Assembly (NCBI GenBank): GCA_002723415.1
Contig: PBOA01000027.1
Span: 38,278-102,277, forward strand
Source of the DNA: Chloroflexota bacterium
GTDB lineage: Bacteria; Chloroflexota; Dehalococcoidia; Lucifugimonadales; GCA-002723415
Direction of reading: 5' to 3'
Length of the DNA stretch: 64,000 nucleotides
In this document: positions 1-10,056 of the stretch, one piece after another
Layout: every line of letters begins with the position of its first letter
Position numbering within the stretch: the first letter of the stretch is position 1
Made by a program: the position numbers and the translations under genes
Notes under the pieces: model-generated
Told to the model about the DNA's origin: nothing
The model's database searches: none
Seen by the model: the letters and a program-made list of their open reading frames with translations, nothing else

Positions 1-1
1 T

Positions 2-493
2 AAAACTAGAAGTTATTCTACCGACATGATGGACCCTAAAGTAAAGCATCATAATCGAATGAACTTTGTTTTAGCTGAATTAGAAGCAAAAGATGTTGAT
101 GCAAATGCTTTACCAGTATTGATGGATGGAAATGGTAATTTAACTGAAGGGAGTGGATATAATGTATTTTTGGTTAAAGATGGTATTTTGAAAACTCCAA
201 AAGGTACGAATATATTATGGGGTGTGTCAAGAAGAACAGTTATGGAAATTGCTAAAAATATAGGTATTCAAGTTGTTGAAGAAGATTTACAACCTTATGA
301 TATATATACTGCTGACGAAGTTTTTTTTACTAGGACTAGCCCAAGAATAACACCAGTTAACTCTATTGATAACAGGATTATTGGTGATGGTAAACCTGGT
401 ACTATTACCAGGCAACTGCTAGCTGCTCATAGTGAAAGAGTTGGTGTTGATATTGTTGATCAAGCATTACATCATACTGGTTTAAAAAATTAA
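2..493 (+). CDS. Class IV (fold type IV) PLP aminotransferase, C-terminal part. The 5' end lies upstream of the window (branched-chain or D-amino-acid aminotransferase type).
   Basis: The frame is open from base 2 with no stop before the ATG at 26, so track ORF 26..493 is a truncated view. The translation (GSGYNVFLVKDGILKTPKGTNILWGVSRRTVMEIA ... EVFFTRTSPRITPV) matches the C-terminal domain of IlvE/Dat-type enzymes. Confidence 0.8.
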   Translation, partial: KTRSYSTDMMDPKVKHHNRMNFVLAELEAKDVDANALPVLMDGNGNLTEGSGYNVFLVKDGILKTPKGTNILWGVSRRTVMEIAKNIGIQVVEEDLQPYDIYTADEVFFTRTSPRITPVNSIDNRIIGDGKPGTITRQLLAAHSERVGVDIVDQALHHTGLKN

Positions 494-535
494 CCTTTGA
501 TTATTAAAGTTTTTATTAAATTGTGAGACCTAAAT

Positions 536-1645
536 ATGAAAATTGACAAATTTGAAATTTACCAAGTTGCTATGCCGTTAATATATCCTTGGCGTACAGC
601 GTATGGAGAAGATCCTGAAATACATTCAGTTTTAGTTAAGGCTACAAGTGGGAACACTGTAGCCTGGTCAGAATCCTCTCCTTTATACGCACCTATGTAT
701 CTTCCAGAAAGTGCTGGTTCGGTTTTCTATAATATTTCAGAATTCTTTGCGCCATTTCTATTAAATGAAGAATTTGAATCTGCTGAACAAATCAATCAAA
801 AACTAAGTATTTTTAAAGGAAATACTTTTGCGAAAGCAGCTCTTGAGATATGTTGGTGGACATTACAAAGTAAAATTACTAAAACTCCTTTACATAAATT
901 ATTAGGAGGTCAAACTAGAGAAGTCTTAGCAGGAGCTGATTTTGGGATACAAGATTCTATAGAAATGCTATTAGGAAATATTCAGAAAGCTGTAGATGTT
1001 GGGTTTCCAAGAGTGAAGCTTAAAGTTAGTAGAGGCTGGGATTTGGAAGTGTTAAAAGCTGTAAGGAGCACTTTCCCTAATTTAGTTTTACATATTGATT
1101 GTAATGGAGGGTATTCATTAGATGATTTAGAACTTTTCAAAGAAATTGATAAGTTAAATTTAATTTTTATTGAACAACCATTACATTTTGCAGATGTATT
1201 AGACCATTCTGAATTAGCTAAAAATATAAATACTCCTATTTGCTTAGATGAAAGTATTACGTCTATAAAATCAGCACAGGATGCTATCAAAGTAAATGCA
1301 TGTAAATATATTAATATTAAACCTGGTAGAGTTGGAGGGTTATATAATTCAATTGAAATTAATAACTTGGCTAAGGATAATGGGATTCCTGTTTGGGTTG
1401 GAGGTATGTTAGAAAGTGCGGTAGGTTCATCGATATGTGTTGAATTAGCTACTTTAGATAATTTTAGTTATCCGGGAGATTTATTTCCATCTTCTAGATT
1501 TTATGTAACAGATTTATCTGAACCGTTCTTAGAGCTTACAGAAAATAAAACTTTTAAACCATTTGGCTTAGATTTGCCTACTCCTAATCCTGACAGATTG
1601 AACAAGTGTACCTTAAACAAGGCTATTATTGATACAAGTAAATAA
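536..1645 (+). CDS. Enolase-superfamily enzyme of the o-succinylbenzoate synthase / N-acylamino-acid racemase / dipeptide epimerase group
   Basis: The catalytic and metal-ligand pattern is readable: KxK (RVKLKVSRG), Asp (HIDCNGGY), Glu (FIEQPL), Asp (ICLDESI), second Lys (INIKPGRVGG). Length 369 aa. Confidence 0.8.
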   Translation: MKIDKFEIYQVAMPLIYPWRTAYGEDPEIHSVLVKATSGNTVAWSESSPLYAPMYLPESAGSVFYNISEFFAPFLLNEEFESAEQINQKLSIFKGNTFAKAALEICWWTLQSKITKTPLHKLLGGQTREVLAGADFGIQDSIEMLLGNIQKAVDVGFPRVKLKVSRGWDLEVLKAVRSTFPNLVLHIDCNGGYSLDDLELFKEIDKLNLIFIEQPLHFADVLDHSELAKNINTPICLDESITSIKSAQDAIKVNACKYINIKPGRVGGLYNSIEINNLAKDNGIPVWVGGMLESAVGSSICVELATLDNFSYPGDLFPSSRFYVTDLSEPFLELTENKTFKPFGLDLPTPNPDRLNKCTLNKAIIDTSK

Positions 1646-1674
1646 TTAAATTAAAGAAAAGCGTGTAATATTAA

Positions 1675-2751
1675 ATGATAAATAAAGATCGTATAGTAAA
1701 AACTTTTTGTGAAATATCTGAAATAGATAGTCCCTCTGGAGAAGAAGACATAATTGCTGAAAAATTAATTAATTTACTTAAAGGTTTTGGATTAAATGTT
1801 TTTAAGGATGATTATGGAAATGTTATAGCTAATGATGGTAGAGATAATCCCATAATGTTGTCAGCACACATGGATACTGTTGAACCAAGCAGGGGTGTTG
1901 TTCCTGTGGTTGATGGAGATAAAATTGTCTCTGAAGGGAACACAATTGTTGGGGCAGATGCTAAATGTGGCATAGCAGCAATTTTAGAAGCTTTAGAATC
2001 AGTTAAAGAAGATAACAACGTGACTCATCCTATTGAAGTAGTATTTACTAAAGAAGAAGAGATTGCTTTGTTGGGTGCTAGAAATTTAGATTTTTCAAAA
2101 ATTAAATCTAAAGAAGCATTAGTTTTTGATAGTGAAGGTCCGCCGAATAGAATTGTTTCCATGTCTCCAACCTATGTCTCATTTGATATATCTGTAAAGG
2201 GAATAGGGGCACATGCAGGAGTAGAACCAGAAAAGGGTTTATCAGCAATATTAATAGGTTCACATATAATGTCAAAAATGCCACAAGGTAGACTTGACCC
2301 GCATACAACTTTTAATGTGGGTTTAGTTGATGGTGGAACTGTAAGAAATGCAGTACCTGAAGACATAATAATTAAAGGTGAATTTCGTACTTCAGATGAT
2401 AAAATTATTACTGATTTAAAATCGAATATTAAATATGCTGTTACTTCAACAAAGAAAGAATTTCCTGAAGCTTTGATTGATTTACATTTGAATACCGATT
2501 TTGAAACTTATTCTGTAGATTCTGAAGATTCAACATTTATTAAAGTTGAAAAAGCAATTGGTGAAATTGGATTAAAACCCGTTTTGAAGGATTCTGGCGC
2601 AGGAACTGATGGCAATATATTTCGTAAAAATGGTATTAAGGCAGTTGTAGTTGGAATGGGAGCAAATCATATGCATACATTGGATGAGTATGTAAATATT
2701 TCCGATTTATTTAATGCTGCTAAAGTATGCGAGAAATTTATTTTGAAGTAA
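1675..2751 (+). CDS. M20/M25/M40 family metallopeptidase / amidohydrolase
   Basis: Metal-binding motifs SAHMDTV, GADAKCG and KEEEIALLGA are present, and the C-terminal HT(L)DE context is typical of M20 enzymes. 358 aa. Confidence 0.8.
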   Translation: MINKDRIVKTFCEISEIDSPSGEEDIIAEKLINLLKGFGLNVFKDDYGNVIANDGRDNPIMLSAHMDTVEPSRGVVPVVDGDKIVSEGNTIVGADAKCGIAAILEALESVKEDNNVTHPIEVVFTKEEEIALLGARNLDFSKIKSKEALVFDSEGPPNRIVSMSPTYVSFDISVKGIGAHAGVEPEKGLSAILIGSHIMSKMPQGRLDPHTTFNVGLVDGGTVRNAVPEDIIIKGEFRTSDDKIITDLKSNIKYAVTSTKKEFPEALIDLHLNTDFETYSVDSEDSTFIKVEKAIGEIGLKPVLKDSGAGTDGNIFRKNGIKAVVVGMGANHMHTLDEYVNISDLFNAAKVCEKFILK

Positions 2752-3094
2752 GTATAAACCCTTTTTCTCCTTTTACGGCTTTATCGTTTTCTCTAGCAAT
2801 TACTACCCCTGCAGCAGTGCGATCAGTTAATGAAGCATTGATTTTCCAAATTAATGGAACTGAAGGTTTAGGGATCCCATGAGTAAAAAATACAATTTCA
2901 TCAAATTTAGTTCTTCGGATAATTTTAATATCATTACAATCCCAAACACTTGAACCCTCAATAGGTTGATTAAATGTTAACTGAATTGACTTGTTATTTC
3001 TATTTATATTAAGTGAAAACCCAATATTTTCTTTTTCACTTGGTAATGTAACTTTACCGTAATATAAAGAAGGCAGTTCGTTTGTTTTTTTCAT
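2738..3094 (-). CDS. Hypothetical small protein (118 aa) immediately downstream of gyrA
   Basis: ORF only. It starts 9 nt after the gyrA stop on the same strand, and its 3' end overlaps the convergent M20 gene by 14 nt. I recognise no family. Confidence 0.45.
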   Translation of the reverse strand: MKKTNELPSLYYGKVTLPSEKENIGFSLNINRNNKSIQLTFNQPIEGSSVWDCNDIKIIRRTKFDEIVFFTHGIPKPSVPLIWKINASLTDRTAAGVVIARENDKAVKGEKGFILTSK

Positions 3095-3103
3095 ATAAAT
3101 ATA

Positions 3104-5605
3104 TTAATTTTTCTTTTTTTCTTTTAGTGGTAATTGAAGTTGTTGTACGTTATCTTCTGGTTTATTTTCTAGATTATCTACACAAGTAATACTAGAAACG
3201 GAGTCTCCATCTTTTACATTAAATATTCTAACTCCTTGAGTAATTCTTCCTAAGCTTCGTATTTCAGATAAATTAGTTCTAATTATTTGTGCTTTTTTAG
3301 AAACAATATAGACCTCTTTATCATCTGAAACGACTTGGGCAGCAGCAATTATTCCGGTTTTCTTAGTTATGTTAGAAGTTTTTATACCAGTTCCACCTCT
3401 ATTTTGAGTTCTATAGTTTTCTAAAGGTGTTACTTTCCCATAGCCATTTTTACTTATAACTAATAATCTTGATTCAGGTGTTCCAACATTCATAGCAATC
3501 ACCTTATCTTTTTCACGTAATTTCATACCCCTGACTCCACCGGCGCCTCTGTGATGAGATGTTAAAGAATTTACAGGGAACCTTATTGACATACCTTGTT
3601 CTGAGACCATAATCAAATCATTAATATCTTTAGCTAATCTTACAGATACCAATTCATCCTTAGGTTTAAGATTCATTACAATTAAACCCGACAACCTAAT
3701 TGAGGATATTTCGTGCAAAGGAACTTTTTCTATTTTCCCTAAACGTGTAGCCATTATTAAGAAAGTTTCATCTTGTTTTAAATCTGTTACTTCAAAGACA
3801 GCTCTTACTGTTTCGTTATCTTTAAGTGCTATAACATTCGCTATTGGTACTCCACGTGTATTCCTTGCTGTATCAGGACGCAATTCATAAGACGTTAGTG
3901 ATAATACCCTTCCTGTATTTGTAAAGAATAATAATCTATCGTGAGTATCTATTACTAAAATATGTTCTACTGGGTCATCTTCTTTAATATTCATACCAGT
4001 AACACCCTTACCACCTCTATGCTGGTTTCTGTATGTGCTGGCAGGTATTCTCTTAATATATCCAGCTTTACTTAAAGTAATAACAATTTGTTCATGAGGT
4101 TCAAGGTCACTTCTGTCAAATTCATGCGCTTCATAGCTGATATCTGTCAGTCTTTTTCCTCCAAATTTCTTTTTTAATTCTAAGGTTTCGTCTTTTATTT
4201 CATTTAAAATTTTATTTATATCACCTAATAATTCTTCTAGCCATTTAATTTTTTCTTGCAACTCCTTGTATTCATTTTCGAGGCGCTCTCTTTCAAGCGC
4301 AGCTATTCTTCTTAATTGCATTTCGAGAATTGCTTGAGATTGTTTTTCATCTAAACCAAATCGATTTATTAAGCCATTTTTTGCTTCTTCTGAATCTTTG
4401 GAACTTCTAATTAATTGAATTACTTCATCTAAATTACTAATTGCAATTCTTAATCCAGCTAAAATGTGAGCTCTTGCTCTAGCTTTAGCTAACTCGAATT
4501 CAGATCTACGTTTAATTATTTCTTTTCTGTATTCAAGATAATGTTCTAAAATTAATTTTAAATTAACAACTTGCGGTATTCCATTTACTATAGCTAACAT
4601 GTTCGCAGAGAAAGATGACTGAAGTGCCGTATATTTAAATAAATTGTTTTGAACAACTAGAGGTTGCGACCCTGATCTTAAATCAAGCACAATGCGCATA
4701 CCATCTCTGTCAGATTCATCTCTTATTTCACTTATACCTTCTATACGTTTTGATTTAGAATACTCTGCAATTTTCTCTACTAAAGATGATTTATTTACTT
4801 GAAATGGCAATTCAGATATTATTATTCTATGCCTGCCATTTTTTAGTTGTTCAATTTCAGATTTTCCTCTAACAATTATTTGACCTTTACCATGCATATA
4901 CGCATTTCTTATTCCTTCTTTACCCATTATAGTTCCGCCTGTAGGGAAGTCAGGGCCACGTACAGACTTTATTAATTCTTCTATTTCAATATCGGGGTTT
5001 TCAATTAATTTAATTACCGCATTACATACTTCAGAGAGATTGTGAGGAGGGATATTTGTTGCCATTCCAACAGCTATTCCAGATGCCCCATTCACTAGCA
5101 AGTTAGGGAGTCTAGAAGGGATTACGACTGGTTCTGTTAATGAACCATCGAAATTTTCAATAAAATCAACAGTATTTTGTTCTAGGTTAGTCAGCATTTC
5201 TTCTGCTACTTGACTCAATCTTGCTTCGGTATATCTCATAGCTGCAGCTGGGTCGCCATCAACACTTCCAAAATTACCTTGTCCATCAACTAAGGGCATT
5301 CTCAAGGAAAATGGTTGTGCCATCCTTACCATTGCATCGTATACAGCTCCATCTCCGTGAGGATGATATTTTCCTAATACTTCACCAACTAAGCGGGCAC
5401 TCTTTTTGTAAGATGATGAAGGACGCATTCCTAGTTCATGCATAGCATATAGAATTCTTCGTTGAACAGGTTTAAGGCCATCTCTGATGTCAGGTAATGC
5501 TCTTGATACGATTACGCTCATAGCGTAATCGAGATAAGATGCTTGCATCTCCTGCTCAATAGCAGTATCTTTTATAAATCCAAAATCAGTTTTAGAGCTT
5601 ACCAT
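3104..5605 (-). CDS. gyrA: DNA gyrase subunit A
   Basis: N-terminal [28 protein letters not shown], active-site Tyr context [12 protein letters not shown]-terminal beta-pinwheel repeats, 833 aa. AGGAG Shine-Dalgarno upstream. Confidence 0.97.
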   Translation of the reverse strand: MVSSKTDFGFIKDTAIEQEMQASYLDYAMSVIVSRALPDIRDGLKPVQRRILYAMHELGMRPSSSYKKSARLVGEVLGKYHPHGDGAVYDAMVRMAQPFSLRMPLVDGQGNFGSVDGDPAAAMRYTEARLSQVAEEMLTNLEQNTVDFIENFDGSLTEPVVIPSRLPNLLVNGASGIAVGMATNIPPHNLSEVCNAVIKLIENPDIEIEELIKSVRGPDFPTGGTIMGKEGIRNAYMHGKGQIIVRGKSEIEQLKNGRHRIIISELPFQVNKSSLVEKIAEYSKSKRIEGISEIRDESDRDGMRIVLDLRSGSQPLVVQNNLFKYTALQSSFSANMLAIVNGIPQVVNLKLILEHYLEYRKEIIKRRSEFELAKARARAHILAGLRIAISNLDEVIQLIRSSKDSEEAKNGLINRFGLDEKQSQAILEMQLRRIAALERERLENEYKELQEKIKWLEELLGDINKILNEIKDETLELKKKFGGKRLTDISYEAHEFDRSDLEPHEQIVITLSKAGYIKRIPASTYRNQHRGGKGVTGMNIKEDDPVEHILVIDTHDRLLFFTNTGRVLSLTSYELRPDTARNTRGVPIANVIALKDNETVRAVFEVTDLKQDETFLIMATRLGKIEKVPLHEISSIRLSGLIVMNLKPKDELVSVRLAKDINDLIMVSEQGMSIRFPVNSLTSHHRGAGGVRGMKLREKDKVIAMNVGTPESRLLVISKNGYGKVTPLENYRTQNRGGTGIKTSNITKKTGIIAAAQVVSDDKEVYIVSKKAQIIRTNLSEIRSLGRITQGVRIFNVKDGDSVSSITCVDNLENKPEDNVQQLQLPLKEKKKN

Positions 5606-5644
5606 AGATACTCTCCTAATTTTTGGTTAATTAAATAGAATTTA

Positions 5645-5653
5645 ATTATACCA
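5645..5653 (-). promoter_or_regulatory. Candidate extended -10 promoter element (TGGTATAAT on the minus strand) upstream of gyrA
   Basis: The reverse complement of 5645..5653 reads TGGTATAAT, about 40 nt upstream of the gyrA ATG. The -35 region is weak, and AT-rich DNA gives many false -10 boxes. Confidence 0.3.
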
Positions 5654-5676
5654 CTATAAGATGTGTCTATATAGCA

Positions 5677-6348
5677 CTAATATACACTATTTTGTGTTTT
5701 TTTACATGCTTTGATTAATGAAGTAAATAATTTGTCAAAATGAGGAGGCATTTCGCCTCTTATTTCTGGATTAAATTGCACTGCAATTATATAAACGTCT
5801 TCTGTACTTTCTATAGCTTCTATAATCCCATCATCTAAAGAATATGCAGACGCAATAAAATTGGAAGATTTTTGTGTTTCAGTAATACTATATGAATGTC
5901 TGCTGTTGATTCTTACAAAGCCTCCTGAGCCTAATATTGATGCTAATTTACTGCCAGGAGATATAAATATTCTATGATAAGAGGATTCTTTGTTATTACT
6001 TGAATGGCTAGGAGTTGATATTGGATTTAGTCCGCCTAAGCAGCTGTTTAATATCTGCAAACCATACCCTGTGCATAGTATAGGTTTATTTGCTTGAATA
6101 CATTTAATTAGGAAATCTTTTAATTCATCTTCAGCTGGGGCAAGCGAATTTTCGATATGTTCAAAATCATATATAAATAAAATACCATGAATTTTTTTTA
6201 GAATATTTGGGATGTTTAAATGAGATTGAATGTTAATAGGGATAATATTGGAATTGTTTTTTTCGAGGTAAGTATTGATTGAGTTATTAGTTGACTTTGG
6301 TATTTGAATTAGTCCTATATTAGGATTTTTATTAGATGGTTCAGTCAA
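5677..6348 (-). CDS. Class I glutamine amidotransferase-like protein (peptidase C26 / PuuD-like fold) lacking the catalytic Cys and His
   Basis: Collinear with C26 motifs. It reads PILCTGYGLQILNSCLGG instead of PvLGICRGmQllNvalGG, and IIAVQFNPE instead of GVQWHPE. Confidence 0.7.
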   Translation of the reverse strand: MTEPSNKNPNIGLIQIPKSTNNSINTYLEKNNSNIIPINIQSHLNIPNILKKIHGILFIYDFEHIENSLAPAEDELKDFLIKCIQANKPILCTGYGLQILNSCLGGLNPISTPSHSSNNKESSYHRIFISPGSKLASILGSGGFVRINSRHSYSITETQKSSNFIASAYSLDDGIIEAIESTEDVYIIAVQFNPEIRGEMPPHFDKLFTSLIKACKKTQNSVY

Positions 6349-6395
6349 ATCGTTATCCGAAATTTTAAAATTATATTTATAAAAAGCTTGTTAAA

Positions 6396-7355
6396 TTATT
6401 TTTTTGATATATCAATGTTAAACTTAGTATATCCTTGAGAAGAGTAAATTTTTTTCATATCTTTTAGTTTTTGAATTCTTTTCTCTGTACTAGGGTGGCT
6501 AGACATTAATGATGCTACAAAATTTGATTTTATTGCAGGTATTATAAAAAAAGCACTAGCATGTTCTACATTTCTAACTTGTTTTTCAGGAGTATTGGAT
6601 ACTTCTTCTTCAATCTTTTTTAAAGCAGAAGCTAAATCCATAGGGTTGCCTGTAATCATTGCAGCTCCTCTATCGGCTGCAAATTCTCTATATCTAGATA
6701 GAGTCATAATTAGCATTTGTGCAATAAAATAGACTATTATGGTGCCAATCCAAATTGCCATCATAATAACCATTGCTTGACCTCCTCCATTTCTGTCTCT
6801 ATTTCCCCCACCAAATCCGCCAAATAAACTCATCCAGAAAAGCATCTGCATTAAATAACCAGCCATGATAACTATAATACTTGCCCATGTAAGAACCATA
6901 ATGTCACGATTTTTCACATGACTTAATTCGTGTGCTAAAACAGCTTCGAGTTCTTTTTGGTTTAATCTATTTAATAATCCTTTTGTAACTGCTATTACTG
7001 CATTTTTAGGGTTTCTGCCTGTAGCAAATGCATTTGGGACATGAGTGTCCATTATTGCTATATGTTTCGGTTTTGGTAGTCCTGAAGTGTTACACAAATC
7101 ATCAATTAATTTGTGGATTTTTGGCTCTTGATTAGCTGTCACTATTTTAGCACCCGTTGTTTTTAGAACCATTTTATCTGAAAAAAAATATTGGAAACCT
7201 GCCATAAAAATAGCTATTATCAATATGAATACAGGACTAAATCCCATGGCAAATAAAAAAGATAAAAATCCTATAAATAATGATGCAAGCAAAAATATAG
7301 TAAAGCCCATTCGGAATACTAGTTGATTGTCTCGTTTATATTTTGTTATAGACAT
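6396..7355 (-). CDS. htpX: M48 family zinc metalloprotease HtpX
   Basis: HEXXH motif HELSHVKNRD, N-terminal and central TM helices, and a Gly-rich insert. 319 aa. Confidence 0.9.
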   Translation of the reverse strand: MSITKYKRDNQLVFRMGFTIFLLASLFIGFLSFLFAMGFSPVFILIIAIFMAGFQYFFSDKMVLKTTGAKIVTANQEPKIHKLIDDLCNTSGLPKPKHIAIMDTHVPNAFATGRNPKNAVIAVTKGLLNRLNQKELEAVLAHELSHVKNRDIMVLTWASIIVIMAGYLMQMLFWMSLFGGFGGGNRDRNGGGQAMVIMMAIWIGTIIVYFIAQMLIMTLSRYREFAADRGAAMITGNPMDLASALKKIEEEVSNTPEKQVRNVEHASAFFIIPAIKSNFVASLMSSHPSTEKRIQKLKDMKKIYSSQGYTKFNIDISKK

Positions 7356-7437
7356 AAATTAATATTATATTTGGATTTAAGTATATATTTATTATATATG
7401 ATTTATAAATATACTGTTAGTGTAGTTTATTGGAAAA

Positions 7438-7866
7438 TTAAATTATTTTTATTTTGTCTCCAGTTTTTATGATACCTCCGTTTACTACAAATGTTAAAAT
7501 TCCTCTTTGGCCATCTAAATCATTCATTAATCCAGGTCGAATTTCATCCATTCTTGGACATGGTTCACAAGGTCCTGTAACATTCAGTATTACTGATTCT
7601 CCAATATGAATTTTCTGATTTAATTTAAGCTCATTTATATTTAAACCTTGAGTAGTAATGTTTTCTTTAATAATACCTATAGGTAAATCAAAAGAATTCA
7701 GAGTTTCAATATCCATTAATAAGACTTGTCTCTTCTTTTTTTTACCTTGGTTTGAAGAATGTATATCTTGGTCTATTCCTAAATTTGAAATTAATTTAGC
7801 TTGTTTAACTATTTGCATTGGGGCTCTATGGGATTTGCAAATTTGTATAGAATATACTTTAGACAA
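7438..7866 (-). CDS. MOSC domain-containing protein
   Basis: GENITTQGL-type core and the conserved Cys region VTGPCEPCPRMDE are typical of MOSC (YiiM-like) beta-barrel proteins. 142 aa. Confidence 0.8.
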   Translation of the reverse strand: MSKVYSIQICKSHRAPMQIVKQAKLISNLGIDQDIHSSNQGKKKKRQVLLMDIETLNSFDLPIGIIKENITTQGLNINELKLNQKIHIGESVILNVTGPCEPCPRMDEIRPGLMNDLDGQRGILTFVVNGGIIKTGDKIKII

Positions 7867-8002
7867 TTTAACTACTCCATATTTATTTTTAGGTTATATT
7901 TAATGTACTAGTTTAGAATTAATTTCTCAAGGTTAAATATTTTTTATTCTTAATGGTATAATTTTGTTTGTATAAAATCAGTTTGTTTATTGGGGTGTTA
8001 AT

Positions 8003-8953
8003 TTGAATAATGAAATTCTAGGTGATAATAATTTCCAATATAAGCCTGTGGAGTCATGGGCAAAACTACCAAAGGGCTTTTCTTGGAAGGAAGTTGCTTC
8101 TGTAGCCATTGATTCTGATGAAAAAATTTATGTCTTTAATAGAGGAGCCCATCCTATTATCATATTTGATAAGTATGGCAACTTTCTTAATTCTTGGGGA
8201 GAAGGTTTATTTGTTAGACCGCATGGATTAACTCTTGGGCCAGATAATTCATTATTTTGTATAGATGATGGCGACCATACAGTTCGAAAATGCACCTTAG
8301 ATGGTGATGTGCTTTTTACTATAGGTTCTCCTAATAATCCTGCCGAGCCTTATAGTGGGAATCCTTTTAACAGATGTACTGATGTTGCTATTGATCCTAA
8401 AACTAATGATATTTATATTTCAGATGGATATATGAATGCAAAAATACATGTATATTCTGCTGAAGGTAAATATAAATTTTCATGGGGAACTCCTGGAGTT
8501 GCACCTGGAGAATTTAATATTCCTCATAATATTGCAATAGATAAAGATAGTTATGTATATGTAGCTGATAGAGAAAATCATAGAGTGCAAATTTTTAATT
8601 CATCTGGAGAATTTGAGGGTCAATGGAATAATATTCATCGTCCATGTGCTTTGTATATTTCTTCAGATCAAGAGTTTTACATTGGAGAATTAGGATGGGG
8701 CCTGCCTGTAAATAGAGCTAATCCTAATATAGGCCCTAGGATTTCAGTTTTAGATTCAAAAGGTAATGTTTTATCTAGAATAGGCCACCTTGGTTGGGGC
8801 TTGGAGAAAGGTCAATTCTTGGCTCCTCATGGTATTAGCTTAGACAAAGATAAAAATATTTATCTTGGTGAGGTTTCATGGACAAATTTAAATACTGTAA
8901 ATGGAAAAGATCCTGGTCAAGTTAGAAGTTTTCAGAAGTTAATTAAGGTATAG
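8003..8953 (+). CDS. NHL-repeat six-bladed beta-propeller protein (peptidyl-alpha-hydroxyglycine lyase-like)
   Basis: Repeated blades of the type IYISDGYMNAKIHVYSAEG / VYVADRENHRVQIFNSSG / IYLGEV. TTG start and no signal peptide. Confidence 0.75.
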   Translation: MNNEILGDNNFQYKPVESWAKLPKGFSWKEVASVAIDSDEKIYVFNRGAHPIIIFDKYGNFLNSWGEGLFVRPHGLTLGPDNSLFCIDDGDHTVRKCTLDGDVLFTIGSPNNPAEPYSGNPFNRCTDVAIDPKTNDIYISDGYMNAKIHVYSAEGKYKFSWGTPGVAPGEFNIPHNIAIDKDSYVYVADRENHRVQIFNSSGEFEGQWNNIHRPCALYISSDQEFYIGELGWGLPVNRANPNIGPRISVLDSKGNVLSRIGHLGWGLEKGQFLAPHGISLDKDKNIYLGEVSWTNLNTVNGKDPGQVRSFQKLIKV

Positions 8954-8984
8954 CATATATATTATTAAAGGAAATGGTGAGAGC

Positions 8985-9977
8985 ATGGGGTTACTACCTA
9001 GTTCAAAAAACAAATTTTCAATAAGTAGAATGAAAGAGGCTGCTTCCATTTTTTATGATAGCCTTGATTCTAAATCTAAACGCAAAGCTCTCTTTCATTA
9101 TTTAGATGGAGAGAGGATTTTTTGGTATTATCCTCCTTTAAATAGACACGGATTGCCTTTGAAAGATATGACAAAAGAGGTTAGAAGGTTAGCATTTAAC
9201 CTTCTTGAGACAGGACTTAGCTCTGACGCTTTTAATCAAACTTTACAAATAATTAATCATGAATTGATATTAAAAGAATTAGAAGCACGTAAAGGTATTA
9301 AAACTTTTGTTAGAGATCCTGAAAGGTATTATTTTACTATTTTTGGAAATCCTAAAAATAAAGATCCGTGGGGATGGAGAGTTGAAGGACATCATGTATC
9401 TATTCATTTCAGTATATGGGCAGATAAAATCATATCAGTTACACCATTATTTCTAGGGGCAAACCCAGCTGAGGTTCAAGATGGAGATAGCAAGGGGCTA
9501 CGCATATTAAAGAAAAGAGAAGACCTTGCATTTGAGTTGATCAACAGTATGAGTAAGGACCAACACTATATTGCGACTATTTATGAGAATACACCTAAAG
9601 ATATTATTACTTATAATAGTTCAAGGGTGACTGTACCTGTGGTTGAAGGCATTTCTTGGGATGAATTAAAAATTGGTCAGCAGAAATTGTTAAAATACTT
9701 AATTGGAGAATATATTAATCAGGTAAACCCTGAAATAGCTAAACCTAGGTTAGATTATTTAGATTCAAACATTCTAAGAAGTATAAAATTTGGTTGGGCA
9801 GGAGGCTTTAAGCATGGTGAAGCATATTATTATAGAATTCATGGTGGGAATTTGTTTATTGAGTTAGATAACTATCAATCTGGTGCAAACCATGTTCATT
9901 CAGTTTGGAGAGATGTTGAGAATGACTTTGCACAAGACGTTTTGAGAAAACACCTTCTTGCATATCATGTTTTGTGA
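8985..9977 (+). CDS. DUF3500-like protein
   Basis: The C-terminal YYYRIHGGNLFIELDNYQSGANHVHSVWRDVENDF and the central GHHVSIHF match my recollection of the DUF3500 family signature. Not verified by search. Confidence 0.6.
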   Translation: MGLLPSSKNKFSISRMKEAASIFYDSLDSKSKRKALFHYLDGERIFWYYPPLNRHGLPLKDMTKEVRRLAFNLLETGLSSDAFNQTLQIINHELILKELEARKGIKTFVRDPERYYFTIFGNPKNKDPWGWRVEGHHVSIHFSIWADKIISVTPLFLGANPAEVQDGDSKGLRILKKREDLAFELINSMSKDQHYIATIYENTPKDIITYNSSRVTVPVVEGISWDELKIGQQKLLKYLIGEYINQVNPEIAKPRLDYLDSNILRSIKFGWAGGFKHGEAYYYRIHGGNLFIELDNYQSGANHVHSVWRDVENDFAQDVLRKHLLAYHVL

Positions 9978-10056
9978 AAATTTAGTTTTTCTGAATTTTC
10001 ACTTTTTATGTGGAGTTTAGTTCTTTGGGGACTAAATTTATTTTATGGGAGATTTA

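Noticed and set aside
982-1290. Numerous 60-100-aa antisense or out-of-frame ORFs in the supplied track. These include 982..1290, 1812..2018, 2108..2308, 2172..2366, 7658..7903, 10308..10517, 11054..11430, 12722..12967, 13584..13769, 15437..15694, 16903..17151, 18257..18445, 19952..20611, 20964..21797 and 23992..24240. Others are 29841..30598, 30798..31037, 31389..32063, 38422..38610, 39684..39932, 41379..42224, 42692..42907, 45989..46198, 48061..48264, 49702..49926, 51123..51326, 53993..54205, 55013..55216 and 57769..58080.
   Set aside because: Each lies entirely within, and mostly opposite to, a long ORF with clear family-level homology. They have low-complexity, Ile/Leu/Phe/Ser-rich translations typical of shadow ORFs in AT-rich DNA, and I saw no ribosome-binding sites.
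1939-1965. M20 peptidase motif GADAKCG instead of GADDKxG, considered as possible loss of a metal ligand (pseudo-enzyme).
   Set aside because: The bridging Asp is the residue two positions before the Lys (compare DapE AADMKG), and it is retained here. The variation is at the non-ligand position.
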